DNA of 64,000 nt from Planctomycetota bacterium (GTDB lineage: Bacteria; Planctomycetota; Phycisphaerae; UBA1845): the NCBI GenBank assembly GCA_024276605.1, contig JAJRWX010000005.1:49-64048 (forward strand). The letters are read 5' to 3'. The position numbers and the translations under genes were made by a program. A model generated the notes under the pieces. That model was not told the origin of the DNA. It saw nothing but the letters and a program-made list of their open reading frames with translations, and made no database searches. Below are positions 1 to 10,429 of the stretch, piece after piece; position 1 is the stretch's first letter, and each line of letters begins with the position of its first letter.

Positions 1-317
1 CCCTACCCCTCGTAGCCAGAAAGCGCGCAGTCTGAATTAACCTAACCCGCTCAACCACAAAGCCTTATCGCAATTGCGGAGAAAAAGTACGGGTTAAAGG
101 CATGTCAACCCTGCGCCTGAGGGCGAAAGAACGACTTGTCCTACCAGCTGCATACCTTATAGGGTGATGATATTATAGTATCGTTGGTCCCAACATGCCC
201 GCGCCTAGGGGCTTGGGCATGGCACCCACTACTCACCATTAGCTTGGTCGCCCGACGTGCTTGAACTTATCTGCACCGGCTGCCAACTCAACGGCTCGAC
301 GACCCTCGTCATAGTAC

Positions 318-2801
318 TTATGGAGCTGCACACGGGCTGGCATCCGCGCAGTCAAAACTGCTGAGGAACAATCCACCGATGATCGTGCATTCGGTGTTGT
401 TAGCCTCTTGGCAGCTTCCATCAGGCATACAGCAGGCGCGCACCGGTAGCAGCGGGCCGCAGGTGTCAGTGTCGCACGCCTGTCCCCCATAAAACGTGCC
501 GTTAAAGCTCGTGCATGTGGATTGCGACAGCATGACACACACGCCACTTGGCATGCAGCAGGCGCTCGACGGTGGATCGTCGAGATCGCAGTTATAGAAA
601 CACGCCAATGTGCATGGGTCGCAGTTCAGCAGGAAGTCCCAGATCAGTAATGCGATTAGCACCACGGCGCCCACCGCGGCAATAGCCATCACCGCACTGG
701 CCGCTATTGTCAGCGTTGTGATCGTGCCTATTTTGAGGATGAAGGCGCCGGCTTGTACGGCAAAGATAGCTGCACTGGCGATCGTAAAACCATCGCCAAG
801 CACACGGCGGGCGATGTTTGTGGTGGCGACTTTGGGCTTGGCATGGGGCCTGAGCAGGCTGCTCTTGGCAAACGGATCATTCAGAGAGCCGATGGCTTCC
901 TCCCCGCGCATGACACGGGCAAACCGGCCAGGATTGGCGGCGATCCAAGAGCGGATAACGGAGGCATCCAAGCCATTGATAGGCTCAATTTCATCAATCG
1001 CAGCGACGATGCCCGTATCGGACAGGTCAAGCGCCACCGTTTCCAGCGTTGTCTCGCCATTGATTGTGATGGCCAAACTCACGGTACTGGAATCGTCCGC
1101 CCAGTTGAGTTGTAGTTGTAGATCGGAACCGGAGATTGTCGTCGGACGAAAACGCTCGTCTACAGTCATTTGCACCTTACCCGCCTCGGAAACGATGTCG
1201 AGTCGTGCAATAACGCCCGCTTCTTGCAGAACCGTCACCGCCATACCTGCCTCGTCGTCTCGATAGACAGCTGCAATTTCGTCGAGCGGATTAGTGATGA
1301 CGGCCAGTGTTCCGGACGGGATATCGCCTAGGCTGTTTCGGGCCGTGGCTTGATAAGGTGTGAACGACCACTCGCCAAGCTCCCACTTACCGTGCAGCAG
1401 GCCGCCATCGAGCACCACCTCGCCTGTCCAGATCAGCCGGTTAGTGGGATCGTCTGCGGGATACCATTCTCCGACGAAGTGATCACCCTTCCATGCTGCT
1501 TCAATAACGAATTCGGTGCCATCCTCTGTCGTGCCCTCCACAAGGAGGTTTGCACCATCGAACGAAACTACGGATTGTCCAATCGTTTGCGCGGGATCAG
1601 AGGGTGTCTGGTAGTCTGTCGAGACGCTGCTCCACTCGGCGGTCAGATCGAGGTCATCGGTGGAAGCCACCTTAGCGAAGCCGAAACGTCGAGCACGGTC
1701 GCCGTTCCAATATCCGTGGAGAATCTGGCCGGTCGGGTCCAGCGTGCCGGACCACTGGAAGCCGGACTCGTCTGTGCTGGTGAACATACGACCGTCGTAA
1801 GTTGCCAAGACAGACCAATAGCCGCCCTCGTTGTAGTCACTGGAGAACAACACGCGATGGTCATCGTCACGCTGATGAACGTAGAGATTTGTGCCATCAA
1901 ATATCAGCGATGCCTGTCCGCGAACCGTCACGGTATTTTCGCCGTTGTTTTGGCTACTCATCCACCGACCGGTTATAGCTGTATCGAGAACGCTTGGCTC
2001 ACCTTGACGCTGTAGCGATTGCTGCTCGATGAAAGTGCTGAATTCCTCAATCCAAACGAAAAGCTGCTGATCGGCCTCGACGAGCGCCCGCCATTGGTAA
2101 CCGTTATCCGTAGTACCGGAAAAGACCTTCAGATTGTCATCCCACACGGCGGTGAAAGTAGCTTGTGCGTCATCGGGATCGAGCACATTGAGCAGGCGAC
2201 CATCAAACGCCATGATCCTACGAAACGCCCCTGCTTTAGCGTCCGTCCATTCACCGATCAAGCTGGGCGACGGTTCGAAGGAACGTTGCAGCATCCACTG
2301 CCGATCACCCCCGCTGAGAGTGAGCATGCGACCATCTTCCGAAAACGTGCCAACGCACTCGTCTGGATCGTCGAACAAGTCGTTGATATCGAAGTTGTCG
2401 CCGGAGAGTGATGGGCTGCATGTACCGCGTATGACGGCGCCGTCCCACGCGCCGGAAAACGACCACGAGCCGCCATCGTCCTCGCGAATATCGAGGAACT
2501 GATCCTGATCGAATGCAGTCCCCTGGCCCAGCCCACGAAGCGTCGTGCCTCCGTCGATGCGCTGGCTAATCCAATACCCTTCAGTAGTCGCAGCTAGTGG
2601 AGGAGCAGAGGCATCGTCGTCATTTTGATTCTGGTTGTCGTTCTGATTATCGTTGACATTGTCGCTGGAGTCGCCATTGGGCGTGGGCGTTGGTGCCTTG
2701 CAGCCATTGGAAAGCGCTCCCTGAGCGGCCACGAAAATTATAAGTGACAGGACGCGGAGCACGCGGTTACGAATAGTGTCGGGTGTGAACCAACCAGTCA
2801 T
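318..2801 (-). CDS. Large exported repeat protein with a lipobox N-terminus, a C-terminal hydrophobic pair and a tandem Cys-rich module
   Basis: 827-aa ORF. The signal peptide ends in an LSNGC lipobox and is followed by an Asn/Asp/Gln low-complexity linker. W/G-rich beta-like repeats follow (FQWSGTLDP, LHGYWNGD, LHGKWELGEW). A long hydrophobic stretch precedes two ACCMPxGxC...C...G.F...C...C repeats at the C-terminus. I did not recognise a family. Confidence 0.7.
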   Translation of the reverse strand: MTGWFTPDTIRNRVLRVLSLIIFVAAQGALSNGCKAPTPTPNGDSSDNVNDNQNDNQNQNDDDASAPPLAATTEGYWISQRIDGGTTLRGLGQGTAFDQDQFLDIREDDGGSWSFSGAWDGAVIRGTCSPSLSGDNFDINDLFDDPDECVGTFSEDGRMLTLSGGDRQWMLQRSFEPSPSLIGEWTDAKAGAFRRIMAFDGRLLNVLDPDDAQATFTAVWDDNLKVFSGTTDNGYQWRALVEADQQLFVWIEEFSTFIEQQSLQRQGEPSVLDTAITGRWMSSQNNGENTVTVRGQASLIFDGTNLYVHQRDDDHRVLFSSDYNEGGYWSVLATYDGRMFTSTDESGFQWSGTLDPTGQILHGYWNGDRARRFGFAKVASTDDLDLTAEWSSVSTDYQTPSDPAQTIGQSVVSFDGANLLVEGTTEDGTEFVIEAAWKGDHFVGEWYPADDPTNRLIWTGEVVLDGGLLHGKWELGEWSFTPYQATARNSLGDIPSGTLAVITNPLDEIAAVYRDDEAGMAVTVLQEAGVIARLDIVSEAGKVQMTVDERFRPTTISGSDLQLQLNWADDSSTVSLAITINGETTLETVALDLSDTGIVAAIDEIEPINGLDASVIRSWIAANPGRFARVMRGEEAIGSLNDPFAKSSLLRPHAKPKVATTNIARRVLGDGFTIASAAIFAVQAGAFILKIGTITTLTIAASAVMAIAAVGAVVLIALLIWDFLLNCDPCTLACFYNCDLDDPPSSACCMPSGVCVMLSQSTCTSFNGTFYGGQACDTDTCGPLLPVRACCMPDGSCQEANNTECTIIGGLFLSSFDCADASPCAAP

Positions 2802-3009
2802 AGGCCTACCTCCCTAAAAGTGAAGAGGATGGCCAGTCAAGCGATTTCCACAGATGCGGCGGTCCTCTGTCGAACGCGCAAGTTGCAGTTTACGTGCCAC
2901 AGTCCGTAGTGGACCAGCGATCGGCACGTTGATCTCCTATATTTCATCAACCACGTTCAACAACTCCCGTCGCGGAAATGTTAAAATAGGCGAATTCACG
3001 CAAACGCCG

Positions 3010-4113
3010 TCACTCTGGATAGTCGGGTGGTGGGATGTCTGTCAGGCGATCGAGCGGGCGGCGGCTGACGTAGGGGACGAACCCATTGGTGACCGCATTC
3101 TGATAGGCTTCGGAGGCGTTGTCCGGCTTGCTTGCGTAGTCCACACACAACACCGGCTTGCCCGCATCAAGGTAAATCTTAAGCCAGTCCTCGTAGTAAG
3201 CGCGGCTGTAGCCACACTCCGCATCGTCAGCCGGACATACATCCTGAACGCGGTGGTCTCCTGCATCAGGCTCATTCCAATCAGTATCCGCATTGCCGTC
3301 GAAGTATATCTGCTCTTGGGCGATACCGTCGATGATGTCGAGGTACGCCTGGCCACCGAACTCCACAATCTCAGCCGCGTTTTGTGGGATGACCAGGAAG
3401 CCAGGGTTCTGCGCTCGCGCGAATTGACGTATCTCGCTAATGAAGTCGATCATCTCCTGAGCGAGGTTCAGCCCTTCATTTTCCGCTGCCATCATAACCG
3501 ATGTGTCGGAGTAGGCCTCGACCCAGTCCATATAGATGCCGTCGAACCCGTCGTCCAGTACCTGCTGAAGCACGCTGTTTTTGCCTTGTATCATGATCTC
3601 TTTCCACCGCTCGTCCCAGTAAGCCACTGGGAAGTTGCCGGCCCAGCCGTCCGGGTCAATAGTGATCAGGAAGTCGGGGCTGCCGATTTCGCCCCCTTTG
3701 GGTGCCACCCAATCGGCAGTCCAATACGTTCGCCAGTCCTCGGCCTGACCAATATCGATATAGGCGACGACGAGTTTGGTTCGATCCGGCACACTTGCCG
3801 ACGACTTGTGTAAGCGCTCGACCATGCCAGCCGTGTTGAACTCAGTGTTACCTCGATCGGATCGCGTTGGCTCAAGCACAACGAGGTCGTAGCGAGAGTT
3901 GACCAAGGCATCAATGGCTCCATCGGCCTCTATTTTTTGAATCTGATAGGCCCAGAATTGTACCTCCGGCAGCGTCATGCGTGTGGCAGGTCCGGTCTGG
4001 TTGTCGCTAGCATCGCCACTTCCTCCGGTTTCAACGGAAGGACAACCACCGGCGAGCGAGAGGGAAAGCAAAAGTGGAAGAAGTCGAACGGAACCGTATC
4101 GTCTAAACAGCAT
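3010..4113 (-). CDS. GH114-like / TM1410-MJ1477 family putative glycoside hydrolase (lipoprotein)
   Basis: 367-aa ORF. The signal peptide has an LAGGC lipobox. Motifs WAYQIQ, VVAYIDIGQAEDWRTYW, VAYWDERW and DGIYMDWVE match the TIM-barrel GH114/TM1410 pattern as I remember it. Confidence 0.7.
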   Translation of the reverse strand: MLFRRYGSVRLLPLLLSLSLAGGCPSVETGGSGDASDNQTGPATRMTLPEVQFWAYQIQKIEADGAIDALVNSRYDLVVLEPTRSDRGNTEFNTAGMVERLHKSSASVPDRTKLVVAYIDIGQAEDWRTYWTADWVAPKGGEIGSPDFLITIDPDGWAGNFPVAYWDERWKEIMIQGKNSVLQQVLDDGFDGIYMDWVEAYSDTSVMMAAENEGLNLAQEMIDFISEIRQFARAQNPGFLVIPQNAAEIVEFGGQAYLDIIDGIAQEQIYFDGNADTDWNEPDAGDHRVQDVCPADDAECGYSRAYYEDWLKIYLDAGKPVLCVDYASKPDNASEAYQNAVTNGFVPYVSRRPLDRLTDIPPPDYPE

Positions 4114-4580
4114 GTCTCATCTCCCTATCAAATCGAGGCGCCATTGCTGGGCAACCTATCCGATTCTGCTATAGGACGCTAGGTGCAAGCCTACGGCGTT
4201 CAACTGTACGGCTTAGCAGATGTATCGTCACGGGCATAATAGCAATGAATAATAGGGATAGTCTCGAATGGCACTGCCGTTTGTGCAGTAAAGACTTACA
4301 TCGTTTATGTCCGTTGCTCCTTTGCTTTAGGTGGGCGAGTTTCGAGACAACACTCGATAATCTAACCTAAGGAGTAACGGGCTTGCATCCCCATCTACGG
4401 GCTTGATTCCCACCTGCGCGGAAATGACGAGCGCCTACGTGGGAATGACATCACATAGTCTAGAAGTGCCAAACAAATCCAACTGCAGAAAATAACGTAG
4501 ATCGATCAGGCAACGTGCAGTACAATGAGTTATGCTGTAACCTGTGTGGGCATGGACTTATAGACCACCCTTAGCGGACA

Positions 4581-5075
4581 GTGAATACGAGGACAATGCT
4601 TATGCGATCAGATGAAGCCATCAAACATGCGGCTGATAAAATTGGCGTCAAATCGTTAGCCGCCACGCTTCGTCTTTCCCAGGCCTTGGTATACAAATGG
4701 TGCCAGGAATCGGACCCCAACGATCCCGATACCAGCGGCGCACGCAACCCCCTCGATCGTATAGCCGAGATCGTTCATGCCACCCAGGATACACAAGTGG
4801 TCGAATGGCTATGCCACCAGGCAGGTGGGTTCTTTGTGCGAAACACCTCGCCGATCAACGAAGACATCCCCACGCAGTTGTTGGTCAATACGCAACGTCT
4901 CGTCAATGAATTCAGCCATTTGTTGATGACCGTAACAAAATCAATTGAAGATGACGGGGAAATTGAACCTTCGGAAGCAGAGCGTATCCGCCAATCATGG
5001 CAACAATTCAAATCGTCAGCCGAAGCCTTCACCATCGCCTGTGAACGAGGCAGTTTTCACCATGGCGCATCGTAA
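4581..5075 (+). CDS. Hypothetical protein, possible HTH regulator (phage CII/CP76-like impression only)
   Basis: 164-aa ORF with a GTG start; ATG alternatives lie at 4596 and 4602. The segment KSLAATLRLSQALVYKWCQ looks like a helix-turn-helix. The gene stands alone after a 460-bp spacer. The family call is weak. Confidence 0.45.
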   Translation: MNTRTMLMRSDEAIKHAADKIGVKSLAATLRLSQALVYKWCQESDPNDPDTSGARNPLDRIAEIVHATQDTQVVEWLCHQAGGFFVRNTSPINEDIPTQLLVNTQRLVNEFSHLLMTVTKSIEDDGEIEPSEAERIRQSWQQFKSSAEAFTIACERGSFHHGAS

Positions 5076-5129
5076 CACACAACCAACCACATACAAAAAA
5101 AACCAAAATATGATGCCATATTTATGGCA

Positions 5130-7016
5130 CTAATTCTGAATGGGCTTAAATTCGTTTCTAGCGCGAATTTGATCCGGATCAAGCCAATCACGCATCACAA
5201 CAATGCGTCCCAAACCGATCAATTGGCTAGTGATCTGGGTGCGCTGCGCATCATAATCTTCTTCCGTGCCAGGCGTGGTCTCTTGCCATTGAACCACCAT
5301 CACCATCGCACGCGACTTCAATGAAAACACCGCCGTGGATGGATCAGTATGCTCCAAGTCGAACCACGCCTCGACAACCTCAGCCGGCACATTTCCAATC
5401 CCGCCCGGTATCCAGGCTACATTCGCAGCCGGTCCGGATTGATACGGACTGGGTATATGGCGAAGCACATTGGAAGCTACCATATAACCGGCATCTGATC
5501 CTTCGTAGGCCTGAAAAATTTCATCTAACTCGCTGTCGTTCGTAAACGCTTCCTGCAAACCCCCGTCACCAATGCTTTCAAGAAGCCCTTGGGCATAACC
5601 CAGCGCCACTTCGTACCCCTCCTTGATGCCAAGGTCCGCTATGACACGATCACGCACCTCATCCACAGTTTTTGCCACATGCCCTTCGCGATGATCAATA
5701 ACACGAAAAACATACAGGATGCCGTCGCTACTTTGCAAGGGTACATCAAACGTTTCAAACAAAGCGCGGTAGTCCGAACCATTGACGTCGTTTCCTTTAG
5801 GTACCGTGGGCACAAAGGCTTGATTTTTGAACACCATGGAAGAAAAAGTCCGGAACCGACCACCCGTCGGACGATGACTCGCTAAACCAATCTCAGGCAC
5901 TGAATCCACACTCGATTCATCAAAAAAATCCGTGCTTTCGACAGTTACCGCACTAGGATAATCCAACGTCTTGGGTAATCGGCTCAACAACTCCTGATAA
6001 TAATCTAACTTGGTCACAACCTCAGACGCTTTACGATAACCGCTTTCTTCCCGTTCCTCTGTAAGCGAATCCTGCACAGTACTCTGAATTAAATAGTCTG
6101 CTATACGTGTAGCCGTGTCAGTCGCTTGCTGGCGCCGGATGGCATCCTGTGCTTTTTCTTTGGCCTCTTCCCAGGTCAAATAATCCGGCGCATCGTCCGG
6201 TACTTTGTCACCCTCAGCGACCGCAAGTCGGCGGAATTCAAAACTCTCCCGATTCGCCTCATAGTAGCGTTTAGCTTTGCGTTCGAGGTTGGCTACACCG
6301 ATCACCTTAGCCAATCGATCTGGACTTATTTTTACATATTGCACGCGGATCGTTGGATCCACGAAATAACCAAACGCCAACCCCGCACCGGGTTCCTGGT
6401 CTCGATGGGCTTGCCATTGCGCTTCAATCTCAGCTTGACTGAATTCTCGTCCTGCCAGTTCAAAGGCCCTCGCAGGAAGCATCACGGCTTGTATGCTAAC
6501 TTTCTCAAGCGCATCTCGTGCGCGCATCCGGATGGCTGCAGTGCTGGGAAGGGTACCCACGCTCATCGCTTGCGCCGTCAGTTGAATAGATTGGTATTGA
6601 CGCAGCGCATCATAAAATTGGTCCGGCTTGATACGCAACCTATGGGCTAAGGTATTAATCACTTCGCCCGTTGTTTCTCCGCCATAAATCGCCCGTGCAG
6701 CTTCAATGCCGGTAGACGTTCCGAAGTGACTCGCTTCTCGCGTCAGTAAAATCCAATCGGGAAGTTCAAGCGGCTTTAATGCCCCATAAACCGGTCGCGA
6801 CCAATCAATATTGAAATTCGCAAGCAACTCCGTAGCCCGACGTGCCGCAGCTCGGTCATTCGTGCGAATCTCGCCGAAGCGAGAGTCAAAAACTGCGTAA
6901 TCCGTTTCCGGAGTCAAAAAACTCTGCAGCGCAGTGCCTCCCACAAACACGACCATCAATAAAACCATGAACGTGGCCAACAGCACCTTGTTATATTTTC
7001 GAAAGAACTTCAGCAT
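5130..7016 (-). CDS. PpiD/SurA-N-like periplasmic chaperone (membrane anchored)
   Basis: 628-aa ORF. The N-terminus MLKFFRKYNKVLLATFMVLLMVVFVGG is the typical PpiD-type signal anchor and is followed by a long soluble domain. I saw no clear parvulin motif. Confidence 0.6.
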   Translation of the reverse strand: MLKFFRKYNKVLLATFMVLLMVVFVGGTALQSFLTPETDYAVFDSRFGEIRTNDRAAARRATELLANFNIDWSRPVYGALKPLELPDWILLTREASHFGTSTGIEAARAIYGGETTGEVINTLAHRLRIKPDQFYDALRQYQSIQLTAQAMSVGTLPSTAAIRMRARDALEKVSIQAVMLPARAFELAGREFSQAEIEAQWQAHRDQEPGAGLAFGYFVDPTIRVQYVKISPDRLAKVIGVANLERKAKRYYEANRESFEFRRLAVAEGDKVPDDAPDYLTWEEAKEKAQDAIRRQQATDTATRIADYLIQSTVQDSLTEEREESGYRKASEVVTKLDYYQELLSRLPKTLDYPSAVTVESTDFFDESSVDSVPEIGLASHRPTGGRFRTFSSMVFKNQAFVPTVPKGNDVNGSDYRALFETFDVPLQSSDGILYVFRVIDHREGHVAKTVDEVRDRVIADLGIKEGYEVALGYAQGLLESIGDGGLQEAFTNDSELDEIFQAYEGSDAGYMVASNVLRHIPSPYQSGPAANVAWIPGGIGNVPAEVVEAWFDLEHTDPSTAVFSLKSRAMVMVVQWQETTPGTEEDYDAQRTQITSQLIGLGRIVVMRDWLDPDQIRARNEFKPIQN

Positions 7017-7294
7017 CGTGTCGTAAATCCCCCGTACAACAATAGTTAAAAATTCTTGGCAGCAAAACGGGCACTATAGGCCTTGGCAGCCGAAAATCAA
7101 GCCAAACCAGAACCTCACAACTACAATCGGATTGACAGTATAGGGTTGTCCTGCTAAATCCCCCCATCTTATCGGCTTGACATGGCCTATAATTCCTCAT
7201 TGTTGGAGTAGGTCAACACCTGTGACGATAACTAGGACCGTCGATGATTGTCCGGTGTTGGGCCGATAAGACCCTATGAGAGGACTGACTGATC

Positions 7295-10200
7295 GTGGCG
7301 AAAAAATCACAACCTTCCGGTAAATCGCTGGTTATCGTCGAATCCCCAGCCAAGGCGAAAACTATAAACCGATATCTAGGCGATGGGTACAAAGTCGTGG
7401 CCAGTTTCGGACATGTACGTGATTTACCCGCTCATGACCTCGGTATCGACTTCGAAAACAACTTTGAGCCGGTATACGAGGTGCTTGCTGCCAAACGAAA
7501 AGTCGTCAATTCCCTCAAAAAGCTCGCCAAAAATGCCCCTACCGTCTATCTGGCAACCGACCTGGACCGCGAAGGGGAAGCTATCGCATGGCATCTGGTT
7601 TCTGCCCTGGAATTGGAACACCAAGCCACCGAACGCGTTGTTTTCAATGAAATTACAAAGTCGGCCATTCAAGACGCTTTTGCTCACCCGCATCAACTCG
7701 ACATGGCCAAAGTCAACGCCCAGCAGGCACGCCGCCTGTTAGACCGCATAGTGGGTTATCAATTAAGCCCTTTGCTCCAATCGAAAATTGGTAAGGGACT
7801 TTCTGCCGGGCGTGTGCAGTCCGTGGCTGTACGCCTGATTGTCGATCGAGAGCGTGAAATTCGTGCCTTTATCCCGAAAGAACATTGGCGTTTGCATGGC
7901 TGCTTTACTACCGATCTCGCTAAACTGGAGAAGCTTTCCGGGGCCTGGACTAAATTACTCGCCAAAAGTGAGAAAACAAAGTCCGGACTCACCGTCAAAG
8001 CGCGTAACAAATGGCTAAGCGAACATGAATGCCTCTACGCGGAATTAGCCTCATTAAACGGAAAGCCGTTCAAACCCACTAACGTCAACCAAGCCAAGGA
8101 AGTCGCCGAGCATCTTGGCCTGGTCGTAAACCAAGTCGAGGAATCCGAGTGGGAAGAATATGCCAAGCTCGGACTAAAACGGACCTCGATCATCGGGTCT
8201 ACCATGGCGGGCAAAGCTCCCTCCTTTGAAATCTCCGAAATACAAAAACGTCGCACCAAGACCAAGCCCAACGGGCCGTTTACCACAGCCTCTTTACAAC
8301 AAGCTGCCTCAAGTGAACTGGGGTTCTCACCATCACGCACTATGCGCGTCGCGCAACAATTATATGAAGGTATCGATTTCGGCGGATCAGAAGGCCCGGT
8401 CGGCCTGATCACTTACATGCGAACCGATTCGTATAACCTAAGCAAAGATTCCGTATCCGCTGCCAGGAATCTAATCAGCAACGATTTCGGTGATAAACAT
8501 CTGCCGGCAAAACCCAATGTTTATGGTAGCCGCAAACGAGCCCAAGAGGCCCACGAAGCCGTTCGCCCCTCCGACGTCACCATGCGCCCGGCAGACATCA
8601 TGGCTCATCTTTCTGCAGAACAAACCAAACTATATGGCCTCATTTGGCGGCGATTTGTCGCCTGCCAGATGACACCCGCCGAGTGGGACAGCACCACGGT
8701 GCTCATCAAAGCACCTACCCCCCAGGGCGAAGCCATATTCCGTACCACTGGTCGAAGGCTTGTGTTCGATGGTTTTCTTCGCGTGATGGGACAGCCCGAC
8801 ACCGACGATGTCGTCCTTCCGGCACTAAAAGAAAAGCAAGAACTTGGTCTGCTTCAACTCAAACCGGAGCAACATTACACGACACCTCCAGCGCGATACG
8901 GCGAGGCTTCACTGGTTAAAAAAATGGAAGCAGAAGGCATCGGTCGCCCAAGTACGTACGCCGCCATCATTCAAACGATTCAGGATAGACAATATGTCGA
9001 GCTGATTGACAAAAAATTGCACCCTTCCCCCATTGGCGAAGTTGTCACTGATAGTCTGATCGAACATTTCCCCAAAGTCATGGACTTCAAATTCACCTCG
9101 TTTATGGAGGAAGAACTGGATAAGGTTGAAGAATCGAGCGTCGAATGGCAACACGTTTTAGGTGAATTTTACACGCCGTTCAAAGCTGCGTTGGAAAGCG
9201 CGGGAGCGAACATGCAACGCGCTCGTTCCCAACCCAGTGAATTCATCTGCCCAGAGTGTGGGCGAGAAATGGTATATCGTATTGGCAAAAAGGGCCGCTT
9301 CCTCTCCTGCTCCGGCTATCCCAAATGCAAAGTAGCCATGAACATCGACGCCGATGGACAACCCGTAGCCGATGTCGTAGCCGAAGAACCGTGCCCTAAG
9401 TGCGGCAAAGAACTCATCCTCCGCAAGAGTCGCATCGGACCATTCCTCGGTTGCACCGGCTACCCGGAGTGCAGCCACACGCAGCCTTCGGACGAAAATG
9501 GCATCCCGTTGAAAAAAGTCAGCGCAGAAGACATCAAAGAAACCTGTCCGGACTGCAAATCGGAAATGACGGTCAAATTTTCACGAGGCCGATCGTTCCT
9601 CGGCTGTAGTGCCTACCCCAAATGCAAAGCCACCCAACCGCTGCCCGAAGGTGTATACGTCGAAAAACCCAAACCGGCAGAAGCCGGCGCACGCTGTGAC
9701 AAATGTGGCCGAAACATGGTCATCCGCACCGGTCGTCGTGGACCATTCTTGAGCTGCTCAGGATTTCCGCGTTGTCGAAACGCCATGCCCATGGAAAAAA
9801 TTGACCACCTGCGTGCGCTGGAGGAAGCCGGCGAAATTCCCGAAGCGCCGCCTGATAATGGCAAAACAGGTAGCGCTAAAGCCGACGTGCCGCGCGACAA
9901 GAATGGCAAGGTTGATATAGCTGCGATGGGGCCACCACCGCCCGGATTTGCTTGGACTAGAACAGGTAGACCCGTGGTGGAAACCTGGCCCCAGGACACG
10001 CTCGAATGCCCGGAATGCGGTGGAGAAGTAGACATGAAAACGGGGCGCTTCGGCCCGTACTATGGCTGTACTCGCTTCCCTAAATGTCGCTTTGTCTCTA
10101 ACCTGCGCGGAGCCGCCAAGAAACGCGCCGAGATTGAATTCCCCACAGCCGCCAAACCAAAGCCCATCCCCACAGACATCCCCTGCGATGAGTGCGGTGC

Positions 10201-10327
10201 GCACATGGTGATCCGCACAGGGCGCTCCGGTGAATTTCTAGGTTGCAGTAAATATCCCAAGTGCAAAAACTCTCAACCCATGCCCGAAGGACAATCAGCC
10301 AAAACCTTGGCTGTGGCAGAAAAGTAA
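7295..10327 (+). CDS. topA: DNA topoisomerase I with six C-terminal C4 zinc ribbons
   Basis: 1010-aa ORF with a GTG start. The Toprim N-terminus (LVIVESPAKAKTI, ATDLDREGEAIAWH) and core motifs (GRVQSVA, ITYMRTDS) are present. Six repeats of CPxCG...GxFLxCxxYPxC follow. Confidence 0.95.
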   Translation: MAKKSQPSGKSLVIVESPAKAKTINRYLGDGYKVVASFGHVRDLPAHDLGIDFENNFEPVYEVLAAKRKVVNSLKKLAKNAPTVYLATDLDREGEAIAWHLVSALELEHQATERVVFNEITKSAIQDAFAHPHQLDMAKVNAQQARRLLDRIVGYQLSPLLQSKIGKGLSAGRVQSVAVRLIVDREREIRAFIPKEHWRLHGCFTTDLAKLEKLSGAWTKLLAKSEKTKSGLTVKARNKWLSEHECLYAELASLNGKPFKPTNVNQAKEVAEHLGLVVNQVEESEWEEYAKLGLKRTSIIGSTMAGKAPSFEISEIQKRRTKTKPNGPFTTASLQQAASSELGFSPSRTMRVAQQLYEGIDFGGSEGPVGLITYMRTDSYNLSKDSVSAARNLISNDFGDKHLPAKPNVYGSRKRAQEAHEAVRPSDVTMRPADIMAHLSAEQTKLYGLIWRRFVACQMTPAEWDSTTVLIKAPTPQGEAIFRTTGRRLVFDGFLRVMGQPDTDDVVLPALKEKQELGLLQLKPEQHYTTPPARYGEASLVKKMEAEGIGRPSTYAAIIQTIQDRQYVELIDKKLHPSPIGEVVTDSLIEHFPKVMDFKFTSFMEEELDKVEESSVEWQHVLGEFYTPFKAALESAGANMQRARSQPSEFICPECGREMVYRIGKKGRFLSCSGYPKCKVAMNIDADGQPVADVVAEEPCPKCGKELILRKSRIGPFLGCTGYPECSHTQPSDENGIPLKKVSAEDIKETCPDCKSEMTVKFSRGRSFLGCSAYPKCKATQPLPEGVYVEKPKPAEAGARCDKCGRNMVIRTGRRGPFLSCSGFPRCRNAMPMEKIDHLRALEEAGEIPEAPPDNGKTGSAKADVPRDKNGKVDIAAMGPPPPGFAWTRTGRPVVETWPQDTLECPECGGEVDMKTGRFGPYYGCTRFPKCRFVSNLRGAAKKRAEIEFPTAAKPKPIPTDIPCDECGAHMVIRTGRSGEFLGCSKYPKCKNSQPMPEGQSAKTLAVAEK

Positions 10328-10429
10328 CACAGACGTGTAATTTGTCATTCCCAGGCATGTCGGGGACAGCGTGTTCTATAACGGGGATAGAGCATCACAG
10401 GCATTGAGCAACGAGGCCGTGGAACATCG

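Noticed and set aside
195-226. Hairpin catgccc...gggcatg downstream of the 827-aa gene
   Set aside because: It has a large loop, a short stem and no T-run, which is insufficient for a terminator call.
610-2502. Several 120-221-aa plus-strand ORFs (610-1266, 1350-2015, 2019-2411, 2134-2502)
   Set aside because: All are nested antisense within the single 827-aa minus-strand ORF, which has a signal peptide, repeats and a coherent domain order.
2854-3813. 319-aa plus-strand ORF
   Set aside because: It lies antisense to the GH114-like gene, which has clear family motifs and a lipoprotein signal. This ORF has no motifs and an odd composition.
4406-4446. Inverted repeat attcccac-N25-gtgggaat with ggaaatgac / ggaatgac direct repeats in the spacer upstream of 4581
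   Set aside because: It is a single short occurrence, and I found no other copy in the window. It could be an operator, but the evidence is too thin to call.
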